Notes under the pieces: generated by a model
Databases searched by the model: none
Seen by the model: the letters and a program-made list of their open reading frames with translations, nothing else
What the model was told of the DNA's origin: nothing
Source: Mobula hypostoma
Taxonomy: Eukaryota
NCBI RefSeq assembly: GCF_963921235.1
Contig: NC_086097.1
Span: 63,676,001 to 63,740,000, forward strand
Direction: 5' to 3'
DNA: 64,000 bases
Position numbers and translations under genes: made by a program
Shown here: piece by piece, positions 48,501-60,300 of the stretch
Layout: each line of letters opens with the position of its first letter
Position numbering within the stretch: position 1 is the first letter of the stretch

Positions 48501-51500
48501 GACAGCTAATTGCAAAATGTCCAAGATTTTCCCTCCCAGGTCTTCTCTGTGACTGGTATGCTGACATTGACACCATTTGGAACATAGAACGTAGAGCACT
48601 ACAGCGCAGTACAGGCTCTTGAGCCCACAATATCATGCTGACCTTATAACCTGCTCTGAGATCAATCTAACCCTGCCCTCCATTTTATCTATTATCCATG
48701 TGCCTATCTTTTTCCAGGATTTTTGGCCAGAAGCAGCCCCTCACATTATTTGAAGGGAGCTTCATCCAGGTTACATTCTCTCAAATCTGATGCTAGAATA
48801 GCCTTCCTATCTGCCTCCTTTTTGTGAACCCTAAAAGCCCTTCTCAACTATCTTTCTTTTGCAGTGCCAAAACACACAAAGCCCTTTCCTGGTTTAAGGC
48901 CTAGGCAGTAACATGTAGCTTTGGATATTGTGCATTGCTCAATTTCCTTACACGAGTTCTGACCTGCTGTGTTGAGATCAAGCACCATGTCAATGTCAAG
49001 GTCAGAACTTATTAAAACTAAAAGAAGCAGGAACAGAAATAAGCCATTCAGCCCCTTCATACCTGCTCTGCCATCCAATGGGATTATGCCTCCCTCCCCA
49101 TGGATCTCCCACCCGGCACTTATCCCTGTAAGTATAAGTGCTACACCTGTCCCTACACCTCCTCTCTTGCCACCATTCAGGGCCCCAAACAGTCCTTCCA
49201 GGTGAGGCAACACTTCACTTGTGAGTCTGTTGGGGTCATCTATTGCATCCAGTGCTTCCGGTGCGACCTCCTCTACATCGGTGAAACCCGACGCAGACTG
49301 GGGGACTGCTTCGTCGAGCACCTCCGCTCCGTCTGCCACAACAGACAGGATCTCCCGGTTGCCACCCACTTCAACTCTGCTTCACATTCCCATTCAGATA
49401 TGTCCATACGTGGCCTCCTCTACTGCCATGATGAGGCCAAACTCAGGTTGGAGGAGCAACACCTCACATACCGTCTAGGTAGTCTCCAGCCCCTTGGTAT
49501 GAACATAGAATTCGACTTCTGGTAATTCCCTCCCCCTCCCTTCCCCTATCCCTATTTCACTCTGCCCCCTCCCCCAGCTGCCTACTACCTCCCTTATGAT
49601 TCCGCCTCCTTCTACTACCCATTGTGTTTTCCCCCATTCTTTCTTCACCTTTCCTGCCTATCACCTCCATGCTTCCCCTCCCCCACCCCTTTATCTTTCC
49701 CCTTGCTGGTTTTTCACCTGGAACCTACAGCCTTCTCCTTCCCACCCTCCCCCCACCTTCTTTATAGGGCCTCTGCCCCTTCCCTCTACAGTCCTGACGA
49801 AGGGTTCCAGCCCGAAACGTTGACTGATCGTTTCCATGGATGCTGCCTGACCTGCTGAGTTCCTCCAGCATGTTGTGAGTGTTGCTTAGACTCCAGCATC
49901 TGCAGAGTATTTTTTGTTTAGGATTATGCCCTACCTGACATTCCTCAAATCTACTTGCCCTTTGTATCTTTTGCTCTTGGATTTCCATACTGATTAGAAA
50001 TCAATTTTCTCAGTCTAAAAAGTATACCTGAGGATTCCAGGCCTACTACTTTCTTCAGCAAAGGGATCTAAAGGCTTGCAATTTTTCTGAGAGAATGAAT
50101 TCTTCTTCCTCTCTTACTTATTCTGATTCTACACCACCTTATTTTTGGGCTGTCCCATGAGTGAAAATATTGTCTTAGCATTTACCCTCTCAAGCCTCTT
50201 TAGAATCTACATGCTTCCACAAGGTTGCCTGTCATTCTTCCAAATTCTGTTGAGCTATATGTGACATTTGTACTTTGATAATAAATTTACATTGAACATT
50301 GAATTTTGAGTTGAGTCCCACCTTGTTGGACAACTGCTCCATATCTGGAATTATTCCAGTGAACCTTCTCAGAACCACTTCTAACAAAATAATTCTTTTT
50401 TAGATTGTTTATAGTACTGCAAATTTGATCTCACAAGTACCTTGTTCATTTGTAGTCAAAATGTCTCTACTTTTGCTCAAAAACACTTGAAGTAGGGAGT
50501 AATATTCGATTAGTCTTCCCTATTACCGCTAGACTTGTGTGCTAGCTCTCTGTGTGGTGTGTACAAGGACTCCCAAATTTTCTGGGTCTGCAGCTTTCTG
50601 CCGTTTTACTTCATTTAATTTTTATTTTGTTCTTCCAAAATAAACAACTTCATACATGCCCACTCCATATGCCAAATTTTTGTTCTATCTATTAGCTGCT
50701 TGTATCCTCACTGCTTGTCTTTCAACGTCTTTTTGTGTCTTGCAAATTTGGCCACCATATATTCACTTGCATACTTTCTCCAAAGCATTAATACAGTAGA
50801 TTCTGATTAATTGGGGTAGCTGCTTATTTGGAACAACTCTTGAAGAACAAAAATTAATCAAGAAAATAGCCGGAATTCCCTTCATTTATTTAGGACACTG
50901 TGCTGCTTATTTGGGACAGGAGACTGTTGCCAAACAGTTTCTAATTAGTATTAGTCACATGCACTTGTGTGGCCATTAGACACTGCACTGAGTTTAGAGC
51001 AAACAGTTTTTAAATAGCGTCAGATGCGTGTGCTTCTGGTATGATATCCATATTGGCCAATGGGCACATTTGAAGCTAGTGACCACACAAGATGCCAGGA
51101 AATTTGTTGTTGGATTACAACACTAATTCATGCAGGAAGGGCAATGAAGGCAGTGCATTATCTGCACTAGGTGGGAGCACTGGTTTTGTTTATGGACAGT
51201 CACTCAAAAGATCATGCATGGCAGGGAACGCTGAATGAATTCCTCCATCGATAACTATTAGGTTTTATAGTATTGTAGTAAAATTGGTGGTGTTCTAATT
51301 TGTTCTGTATTTCATTTAAATACATAATTTGTTACTCAGTTAAACAATAGTTTGTTTTTTTTTAATACGGTTTTATTACTTCCACAAAACTTTGGCTAAT
51401 TGGGCAGCTATTTAAATGGAACGGTCCTGATGTGTCATGGATGAACAATGGGGTACAGAATCTAACAAGAGAAAATCTGCAGGTGCTGGAAATCCAAGCA

Positions 51501-54500
51501 ACTACACACAAAATGCTAGAGGAACTCAGCAGGCCAGGCAGCATCTAGGAAATGAGTACAGTCAACATTTTGGGCCGAAACCCTTCAGCAGGGCTAGAGA
51601 AAAAAGAGGCTGAGGAGTAGATTTAGAAAGGTGGGGGAGAGAAACACAATGTGATAGGTGAAACTTGGAGGGGGAGGGATGAAGAGGCGGGAAGTAAATT
51701 TGTAAAAGAGACAGAAGGCTATGGTAGAATGAAAAGTGGGAGAGAAGCACCAGAGGGACGAGCAGGCAAGGAGATAAAGTGAGAGAAGGAAAGGGGGATG
51801 GGAAAGGAGAAGGAGAGTGGTGGGGGCATTACCGGAATTTGGAGAAATTGATGTTCATGCCATCAGGTTGGAGGCTATTCAAATGGAATATAGGGTGTTG
51901 TTCCTCCGACCTTACTGTGGCCTCATCACAACTGTGGAGGAAGCCATGGATAGACATATTGGAATGGGAACGGGAAATGGAATTAAAATGGGTGAGCACT
52001 GTGAGATACCACTTTTTCAGGCGGACGGAGCGTAAGAGCCCAGCAGAGGTTTCGGAGAATTATGTGTTGGAACTCTATCCCTGGTAGCGTGGCGGGAGGA
52101 TGAGGTAAGAGCAGACGTGCATGAAATAGGTTCCTCTTGTCCTCACCTACCACCCCACCAGCTTCTGCATCCAGCAGATAATTCTCTGAAACTTCCACCA
52201 TCTCCAATGGGATCCCACCACCAAGCACATCTCTCTCCCCCCACCTTCTGCTTTCCGCTTTCCGCAGGGATCACTCCTGTGCATTCTGTGCAACTCCCTT
52301 GTCCATTTACCCTCCCCAACTTATCTCCCTCCTGGCACTAATCCTCGCAAGCAGAACAAGCTACAGCTACCCCTACGCTTCCTCCCTCACTACCATTCAG
52401 AGCCCCAAACAGTCTTCCCAGGTGAGGTGACACTTCACCTGTGAGTCCAATGGGGTCACATACTGTGTCTGGTGCTCCCGGTGCGGCCTCCTGTATATTG
52501 GTGAGACCTGACGTAGATTGAGAGACCATTTTGCCGAGCATCTACACAAAATGGTCTCCCCCACTGTCATGATGAGGCCACAGTAAGGATGGAAGAACAA
52601 CACCTTATAGCCTCCAACGTGATGACATGAACATCGATTTCTCGAACTTCCAGTAATGCCCCCCAACCCCCCCCCTTCCTTCACCTTTCCCATCCCCTTT
52701 TCCCTCTCTCACCTTATCTCCTTGCCTGCCCATCACCTCCCTCTGGTGCTCCTCCACCCTTTTCTTTCTTCCATGGCCTTCTGTCTCTTTTACCAATTTA
52801 CTTCCCAGCTCTTTAATTCATCACCCCCCCCCCCAGGTTTCATCTATCACCTTGTGTTTCTGTCTCCTGTCCCCCCACCTTTTAAATCTTCTACTCAAGT
52901 TTTTTTTTCTCCAGGCCTGTTGAAGGGTTTCGGCCCAAAACGTTGACTGTACTTTTTTCCTAGATGCTGCCTGGCCTGCTGAATTTCTCCAGCGTTTTGT
53001 GTGTGTTGCATGGTGCAGAACCTGTTCAAAGCTTATGATGCCTCTTACAAATCCGGTGAAGCCAAAGCATACAGTGAAGCTAGATCAAGTCTTAAAGAGA
53101 GGTATCAAGACCACCAAGTATAGACATAAAGTACAGATTGAGACATATTTCTGTAACGTCATCAATCCCCAATGTGTTTGGGAAGGCATCAGATCCATCT
53201 CAGATTACAAAGGAAAGCTCTCCTGCTCTGCTCATGGTGACACCAAACTAGCCAAAGAGCTAAGCAACGTCTTTGCTCGCTTTGGTGAGCACAATAAGGA
53301 ACCAGTGATGAGGGCTTTGGCATCGGATGGAGGAAGTGCGCTGACACTAAATATACAAGAGGTGAGGCGTGTACACACAGAGCAGGGGAACCAGACAGTG
53401 TACCCAGATGGGTTCACAGGGACTGCACTGACTAGCTGGTGGGAGTTCTGACAGGTATTTACAATCTCTCATTGTATCAGGATATGGTTCCAGCATGTTT
53501 CAAAGCGGCAACCATCATACCAATCCCCGAGACGTCAGTGGCAACATACCTTAATAACTACAGACCAGTGGCACTCAATCCCATGGTTGCCAGGTACTTG
53601 GAAAGATTGCTCATGTCTCACATCAAGGATGTAATCCCAGCTACCTTGGACCAGCACCAGTTTGCCTAAAGATGAAAAGATCAACTGAAGATGCCATTTC
53701 TATTGCCTTTCGTACTGCCTTGGACCACCTGGAGCACAAAGACACTTACGTCAGGATGTTTTTCATTGATAACGCTCAGCCTTTTACACCATACTACCAA
53801 GCAAGCTGACTGTCAAGCTCCACAATCTAGGTCTTGGCAATCTTAATTAGATCTTGGACTTCCTCTATAATGGTACCCAGACAGTGAAGCTAGCCCAGTG
53901 CTCAACCCCCCCCCGACCCACCCTGAACACCAGTGTCCCGCAGGGGTGTGTACTGAGCCCACTTCTCTGCTCTCTCTTCACCTACAACTGCACTCCTGCT
54001 TTGTGCTACAAACTCGATCATCAAATTTGCAAACACGGAACTGTGATTGGCCTAATCAGAAACAATAACGAATCTGCTTATAGAGGAGGTGCTGAAACTG
54101 TCCAATTAGTGCAGGAACCACAACCTATTACTCAGCATCAAAAAGACAAAAGAAATGATAATTGACTTCAGGAATGTAAGAGGTTCTGAAGAAACCCCAC
54201 TATTCATAAATGGTGAGGCAGTGGAAAGGGTCTTTAGTTTCAATTTTTTGGAGATGAACATCAATGAGGAGCTCTCTTCATCCGTCAACACAACCTCAAT
54301 AGTAGGGAAGGCACAACAGTGACTATACTACCTGAGGTGCCTAAGGAGAGCTATCTGCCCCAAAAATTGCTGGCCAATTTTTAATCGATGTGTGATAGAG
54401 AGCTTACTGACATATGGAATGACAGTACAGAGCTCTAGCTGCAGCAAGACAAATGAAAAAGCATTCCAACCAATCAGCACATCATTGAGACACAGCTACC

Positions 54501-56597
54501 GGACCTGGAGACATTCTAAATCTCTTGATGCCCATAGTGTGCTCATAACCCATCCCATCCCGGACACTTGTCTGTTCAACTATCTGCCATCCTATAGGAG
54601 ATACAGAAACATCTTGGCCAAGACAGCTTTTTCCTGAGGGCTGTTGTGCAGCTGAATAATGCTACACCTCGGCTTGCCAATGACCTATCAATAGTTATGG
54701 ACTCTCGAAGTCACTTGTATGTAAATATGGGATTTTTTTAAATTAAGCCGTACAGCGTACAAACTATCTGTTTGGCATGGACTATAGCACCGCAATCTTG
54801 CTTTGAGCAATGACAATAAAGTTTTCTTCTATTCTATTATGATAAAAGCCCTTTATCCTATTTTGCTGCTTCCTGTCTTGTAGCAGATTCCCTATCCATG
54901 TTGATGCATTATTTCCAGCACTATATTTCTTTTTGTTCAATGTTTCTGAACTGAAAACACATTCTAAATGCAAAATTTCAAAAATTAATTAATAAATACT
55001 CAGATTTTTATATTTATGGTTATCTAAATAATCCAGTTTAGCAGTATGACAACCTCTCCGTAATTCTTTATAAAACTGTACAAATTATAATAAGTGGAAC
55101 TTTGATATGATTGCTTGTATCTTGGAGAATTTGCGTCATTGAACAAAATCACTGCACAACTAATTTAGCATTAGTGCAAAAAAAATTAAATGCAGAACAC
55201 TGCTGGCTTGCAGCTTGAAATTGCTGGTACATTCCAATCTGTCAAAGAGCAATTGGTCTCTAACATGACCTGAATCTTTCTTAGCTAAAACAGTTGTACT
55301 GTGTCTTACATAGAACATAGAATAGTACAGCACAGTACAGGCCCTTCGGTCCACAATGTTGTGCCGACCCTCAAACCCTGCCTCCTATATAAGCCCCCAC
55401 CTTAGATTCCTCCATGTACCTGTCTAGTAGTCTCTTAAACTTCACTAGTGTATCTGCCTCCACCACTGACTCAGGCAGTGCATTCCACGCACCAACCACT
55501 CCCTGAGTAAAAAACCTTCCTCAATATCCCCCTTGAACTTCCCACCCCTTACCTTAAAGCCATGTCCTCTTGTATTGAGCAGTGGTGCCCTGGGGAAGAG
55601 GCGCTGGCTATCCACTCTATCTATTCCCGTGAAAAAATATCTATAATGTGAAAAAATAGAAATAGTGAAGTGGTGTTACGTGTTTTTTGAACATTCAGAA
55701 ATCAGATGACGGAGCGGAAGAACCTATTCTTGAATTGTAGAGTGTGGGTCTTCAGGCTCCTTACTCCACCCAGATAGTAAGAACTAAAAGAGGGAAAATC
55801 CTGGACAGTGAGGGTCTTTAATGACAATGCTACTGTCCTTGATGCACTGCCACTCAAAGATGTCCTTGATGGTGGGGAAGGTGTGCTTGTGATGAAGCTG
55901 ACTGAGATTATATCTCTGCAGCCACTTGCAATTTGGTGGTAACCAAATCTCCTCAAACTCCTAAAATGTAGAGCCTTTGTCATGCCTCCTCAGTGTGTTA
56001 GTCCTAGGGCAGATCGTCAAGATGTTGACACCCAGGGACTTAAAGATGCTGACCCCTCAGTGGGGACTGGTGCACATTCTTTCACTGCTCCCTTTCTCGA
56101 GTCCACAATCAATTCCTTGGTCATGCTGAGGTGGTTGTTGTGACACCACTCCACTAGCCCTGTATGCTTCCTAGTTGCCATCTGAGATTTTATCTTATGA
56201 AATAAACGTTAAAAGGAACCCAAGAGGTTTGTTGTGTTTTTAAAATGTCATCACTGATAATTAAGATAAGGAATTTAAAGTTAATATTGCAAAAAATAGT
56301 GTTTATTTCACGAGTGGAAGAATCATGAGTTGAAGATGTGTGTATTAATGGCATAGTAATGACAATTTAAACAACATTTTGATCTGTATTTAAAATATTT
56401 CAGACTTGTTTAATTTCCTACTGGGCATCATGCGATGTGCAGAACTCATTGCATTATATTTCTGCTTCAACTACCTTTTTTGTGACTCTGTTTTACATGA
56501 TATAATTTTTCAGTTTTTTTTTCCCTAGCCAACAGTATTTAACATATTGGAATACTTAATCAGCTGGTTTGGAGATAAAAAATTATATCCTGAATTG
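33447..56597 (+). CDS. GEMIN2: Gem-associated protein 2 (SIP1), spliced CDS, 3'-incomplete in this window
   Basis: Seven GT-AG exons join in frame: [44 protein letters not shown]../[18 protein letters not shown]../..[11 protein letters not shown]../..[36 protein letters not shown]/..[12 protein letters not shown]. This matches vertebrate GEMIN2 as I recall it. Confidence 0.97.
34000..34084 (+). CDS. GEMIN2: GEMIN2 coding exon 2
   Basis: (Q)[33 protein letters not shown]| ... |GTAAGT. Confidence 0.96.
34230..34364 (+). mobile_element. Stand-alone 135-bp Penelope tail starting at hammerhead stem I
   Basis: TCAGTCCTGCCGAAGGGTTTTGGCCTGAAATGTCAAC...CAGCATCTGCAGATTTTCTCTTGTT; TSD-like GTGAAAT (34223-34229) and GTGGAAT (34365-34371). 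Confidence 0.75.
34690..35145 (+). mobile_element. Old Penelope 3' UTR and tail
   Basis: Pyrimidine-rich UTR, decayed CAGTACTGATGAAGAGTCTCGACACCAAACATC, end TTTCCAGCATCTGTA. Confidence 0.6.
36301..38520 (+). mobile_element. Decayed Tc1-family DNA transposon interrupted by a LINE
   Basis: Inverted ends ACTGTCCAAAAGTCATAGGCAC (36305) and GTACCTAAGACTTTGCTACAGTACTG (ending 38520); transposase remnants [19 protein letters not shown] and [14 protein letters not shown]...WPPQSPDLN. Confidence 0.8.
36641..37503 (-). mobile_element. Rex1/Babar-like 3' fragment inserted in Tc1
   Basis: ORF 36779-37225 ([34 protein letters not shown]). Confidence 0.85.
38997..39086 (+). CDS. GEMIN2: GEMIN2 coding exon 3
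   Basis: [36 protein letters not shown]| ... |GTAAAA. Confidence 0.96.
39270..42290 (+). mobile_element. Rex1/Babar-like LINE interrupted by CR1
   Basis: [42 protein letters not shown]; (GATTCT)n tail at about 42278-42290. Confidence 0.9.
39475..40562 (+). mobile_element. CR1-clade 3' fragment inserted in Rex1
   Basis: ORF 39501-40247 ([23 protein letters not shown]); TSD-like CTACAAAG (39467-39474) and CTATAAAG (40560-40567). Confidence 0.9.
42863..42922 (+). CDS. GEMIN2: GEMIN2 coding exon 4
   Basis: [26 protein letters not shown]| ... |GTATGT. Confidence 0.95.
43265..44129 (+). mobile_element. Rex1/Babar-like 3' fragment
   Basis: [38 protein letters not shown](TATGAC)n tail. Confidence 0.88.
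45554..45667 (+). CDS. GEMIN2: GEMIN2 coding exon 5
   Basis: [43 protein letters not shown]| ... |GTAAAT. Confidence 0.96.
47105..47503 (+). mobile_element. Shorter copy of the 43265-44129 family
   Basis: Near-identical to 43756-44129, with the same (TATGAC)n tail. Confidence 0.88.
47920..48070 (-). mobile_element. Decayed Penelope 3' tail
   Basis: TGCTGGAGGAGCTCAGCAGGTCAAACAGCATCTATGG...CAGGACTG, the reverse orientation of the tail family. Confidence 0.6.
48274..48318 (+). CDS. GEMIN2: GEMIN2 coding exon 6
   Basis: [21 protein letters not shown]| ... |GTATGG. Confidence 0.96.
49091..49920 (+). mobile_element. Penelope-like 3' fragment (GIY-YIG, UTR, tail), second subfamily
   Basis: ORF 49100-49525 ([16 protein letters not shown]); TSD GGATTATGCC at 49081-49090 and 49921-49930. 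Confidence 0.92.
49789..49826 (+). ncRNA. Minimal type I hammerhead ribozyme motif (GUU site)
   Basis: CAGUC CUGACGA A GGG UUCCAG CCC GAAA CGUU GACUG; stem I CAGUC/GACUG, stem II GGG/CCC. Confidence 0.75.
50794..51436. mobile_element. Possible non-autonomous pogo/Tigger-like DNA element, right end missing
   Basis: Starts TA|CAGTAGATTCTGATTAATTGGG with repeated GCTGCTTATTTGG motifs; no matching right TIR was found. Confidence 0.3.
51437..54835 (+). mobile_element. Old Rex1/Babar-like LINE, split by the Penelope composite
   Basis: WMNNGVQNL continues across the insertion; [22 protein letters not shown] remnants; AATAAAG...TTCTATTCTATT tail. Confidence 0.75.
51464..53011. mobile_element. Inverted composite of two Penelope 3' fragments with tails pointing outward
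   Basis: Minus copy about 51464-52125 and plus copy about 52125-53011, each with a tail and decayed hammerhead; diverged TSD GGTACAGAATCT (51452-51463) and GGTGCAGAACCT (53012-53023). Confidence 0.8.
55308..55627 (-). mobile_element. CR1 3' fragment, family of 39475-40562
   Basis: Reverse complement of about 40255-40560, including the CATAGAACATAGAA tail. Confidence 0.85.
55640..56190 (-). mobile_element. Decayed Rex1/Babar-like 3' fragment
   Basis: [15 protein letters not shown] remnant in ORF 55702-55983. Confidence 0.6.
56529..56597 (+). CDS. GEMIN2: GEMIN2 coding exon 7
   Basis: [29 protein letters not shown]| ... |GTAAGA. Confidence 0.95.
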
Positions 56598-57306
56598 GTA
56601 AGAGACTGGTTGTGTATGGTAAACAACCTTATTTTTGCAGTTTAAATGTGTCTTGCTGCTATGGATGATCATAAATCATGTGGGTGTTTGATTTGTTCTG
56701 GTATTAGAGCTCTGTCCTCTAACGCTCAACTTAACTATTATTTACCATCCGCAAAGATAACTGGCTGCCTAGTCTCCATTTGTGTAGATGTGTCTAATGG
56801 TACTGAAAAATTGAGTTAATTTTATACTCTGATGTTTAAAGAACACATTTTAATGGCTGGGTTGAGTTGATCACCGATCTTGCAATCTACTTGCAAACAT
56901 TTTGTCACCCTGCGAGGGGTCATCGACAGTGTAAATTATTTCCAACACATTTTAATATTAATGAAAAGGAAAATTTTCCTGATAAACAAACGAATCATAT
57001 GGCTTATACTAAAGTTCTCCCTGTCTGGAATTTTACTGCCCAGTAGCTGTAACATCCACTGTCATAAAGTCTTCCCAGAGGCTGGTCATGGCATGCATCA
57101 ACTCCAGCTTTCCAGGTGACCTTAACCCACTGCAATTTGCCTACACCAAAACAAGCAGACACCACCCCCCTGGCCCTACACTCATCTCTGGAACATCTGG
57201 ACATTAAAGACACCTACATCAGACTATTGTTTATTGACTACAATTCTGCCTTCAATACAATTATTCCAAGCAAACCATAACTGAACTTCAGACCCTGTGA
57301 GTTAGC

Positions 57307-60300
57307 CCATAAGACATAGTTGCAGAATTAGGCCATTCAGCCCATCAAGTCTGCGCTACTATTCCATCATGGCTGATCCCAGATCCCACTCAACCCCATA
57401 TACCTGCCTTTTCATTATATCCTTTGATGCCCTGACCAATCAGGAAACGATCAACTTCTATTTTAAATATACCCAAGGACTTGGCCTCCACTGCAGCCTG
57501 GGCAGAACATTCCACAGATTCACTACTCTCTGGCTAAAGAAAATTCCTCCTTACCTCTGTTCTAAAAGTTTGCCCCTCAATTTTGAGGCTGTATGCTCTA
57601 GTTCTGGATACCCCCACCATAGGAAACATCCACTCCACATCCACCCTAACTAGTCTTTTCAACATTCGGTAGGTTTCCATGAGATTTCCCCACCTCCTCC
57701 TCTCCCCCCCCCCCCCGGCACGTTCTTCTAAATTCCAGTGAGTACAGGCCCAAATTTGCCAAGCGCTTCTCATGTATTAACCCCTTCATTCCTGGAATGA
57801 ATCTCCTGTGGACTCTCTCCAATGACAGCACATCCTTTCTGAGATATGGGGCCCCAAACTGTTGACAATACTTCAAGTGTGGCCTGACCAGTGTCTTATA
57901 GAGCCTCAGCATTATCTCCTTTTTTGATATTCTATTCCCCTTGAAATAAATGCCAACATTGCATTTGCCGCCTTCACCACAAACTCAACCTGTAAATTAA
58001 CCTTCTGGGAGTCTTGCACGAGGACTCCTAAGGCCCTCTGCACCTCTGAGGTTTGAACCTTCTCCCCATTTAGATAATATTCCATGCTATTGTTCCTTTT
58101 ACCAAAGTGTATTATCATACATTTCCCAATACTGTATTCTATATGTCACATTTTTGCCCGTTCTTCTAATTTGTCTAAGTCTGGCTACAATCGCATTGCT
58201 TCCTCATCACTACCTACCCCTCCACTTACCATTGTATCATCTGCAGACTGTGCCATAAATTCATCAATTCTGTTATTCAAATCATTGACAAACAATGTGA
58301 AAAGCAGCAGTCCCAATACTGACCCCTGAAGGACACCACTAGTCACTGGCAGCCAACCAAAAAAGGCCCCCTTTGTTCCCACTCGCTTCCTCCTGGCTAT
58401 CCACCATTCCTCTATCCATGCCAGTATCTTTCCTGTAACACCATGGGATTTTATCTTGTTTGGCAGCCCCATGTGTGACACATTATCAAATGCCTGCTGA
58501 AAATCCAAGTAAATAACATCCACTGCCTCTCCTTTGTTACTTCCTCGAAGAACTCCTAACGGATTTGTCGGGCAAGATTTCCCTTCATAGAAACCATGCT
58601 GACTTTGACTGACTTTATCTCCAAGTACCCTGAAAGCTCATCCTTAATAATAGACTCAAAACTTTCCCAACCACTGGGGTTAGGCTAACTGGCCTATAAT
58701 TTCCTTTTTTTGCCTTCCTCCCTTCTTAAAGAGTTGAGTGACTTTGCAAGCTTCCAGTCCTCCAGGACCATGCCAGAATCAAGTGATTCTTAAAAAAATC
58801 ATGATTAATGCATCCATTATCTCTTCAGCAACCTCTTTCAGAACTCTGGGATGTAGTCCATCTGGTCCACGTGACTTATCCACATGCCTGGCACTTTTTC
58901 CCTTTGTAATAGCAATGGCACTCACTCCTGTTACCTGCCACTCACGGACCTATGACACACTGCTAGTGTCTTCCACAGTGAAGACTGATGAAAAGTACCC
59001 ATTAAGTTCATCTGCCATTTCCTTATCCCGCATTATTACCTCACCATCATTTTCCAGTGGTCCAATATCAATTCTCACCTCCCTTTTGCTCTTTATATAA
59101 CTGGAAAAAGCTTTTAGTATCCTGCTTTATATTATTGGCTGGCTTACCCTCATATTTCATATTTTCCCTACTTATAGCTTTTTTAGTTGCCTTTTGTTTG
59201 ATTTTAAAAGCTTCCCAATCATCCAATTTCACACTCACTTTTGTTACCTTATATGCCCTTTCCTTGGCTTTCATGCAGTCCTTAACTTTCCTTGTCTGCC
59301 ACCATTGCCTAGACCCTGCCATTTGAGAACTATTGCTTCTGTGAGACATCTCTGTCCTGCGGTTTGTGAACTATTCCCAAAAACTTCAGCCATCTCTGCT
59401 CTGCTGTCATCCCCACCAGTATCCCCTTCCAATCCACCTGGGCAAGCTCCTCTCTCATGCCTCTGTAATTTCCTTTATTCCATTGCAATACTGATACATA
59501 AGAGTTATGCTTCTCCACCTGCAGTATGAATTCAATCATGTTATGTCACTGTCTCCTAAAGGTTCCCTTACATGAAACTCCCTAATAAGATCTAGCTTAT
59601 TACACAACACCCAATCTAAGATGGCCTTTCCCTGAGAAGGGTCAAGCACAAGCTGCTTTAAAAAGCCATCTCATAGGCATTTAACAAATTCCTTCTCTTG
59701 CGATCTAACAGCAACCTGATTTTCCCAATTCCCTTGCATACTGAAGTTCCCCATTACAAATGTGACCTTACCCTTATTACATCCTTTTCCAGCCCCACAT
59801 CTTGGCTACTATTTGGAGGCCTATATATGATTCCCATAATGGTTTTTTTACCCTTGCAGTTTCTTAACTCAGCACACAAAGATTCAACATTCTCTTAACC
59901 TGTATCACCTCTTTCTAAAGATGTAATTCTTTCTCTTACCAACAGAGCCACACCACTGCCTATGCCTTCCTGCCTGTCCTTTCAATACAAAGTATATCCT
60001 TTTATGCTAAGCTCCCAACTGTGGCCTTCTTTCAGCCATGACTCGGTGATGCCCACAACATCGTACCAACCAGTCTCTATTTGCGCCCCGAGTTCATCCA
60101 CCTTAATCTGAATTCTATGTGCATTTAAATACAGCACCTTCAGTGCTACATTCATCACCCTTTTGAATTTTGCCTCTGTGGTACAATTTAACTCTTTGCT
60201 TTGTCTTTGTACCCAGTCATTGCTTGTCCTTCCTTACATTCGTATTACACCCATCATCTACTTGTAAACCTGCTGGCTCATCCTCATCACTATCATACTG

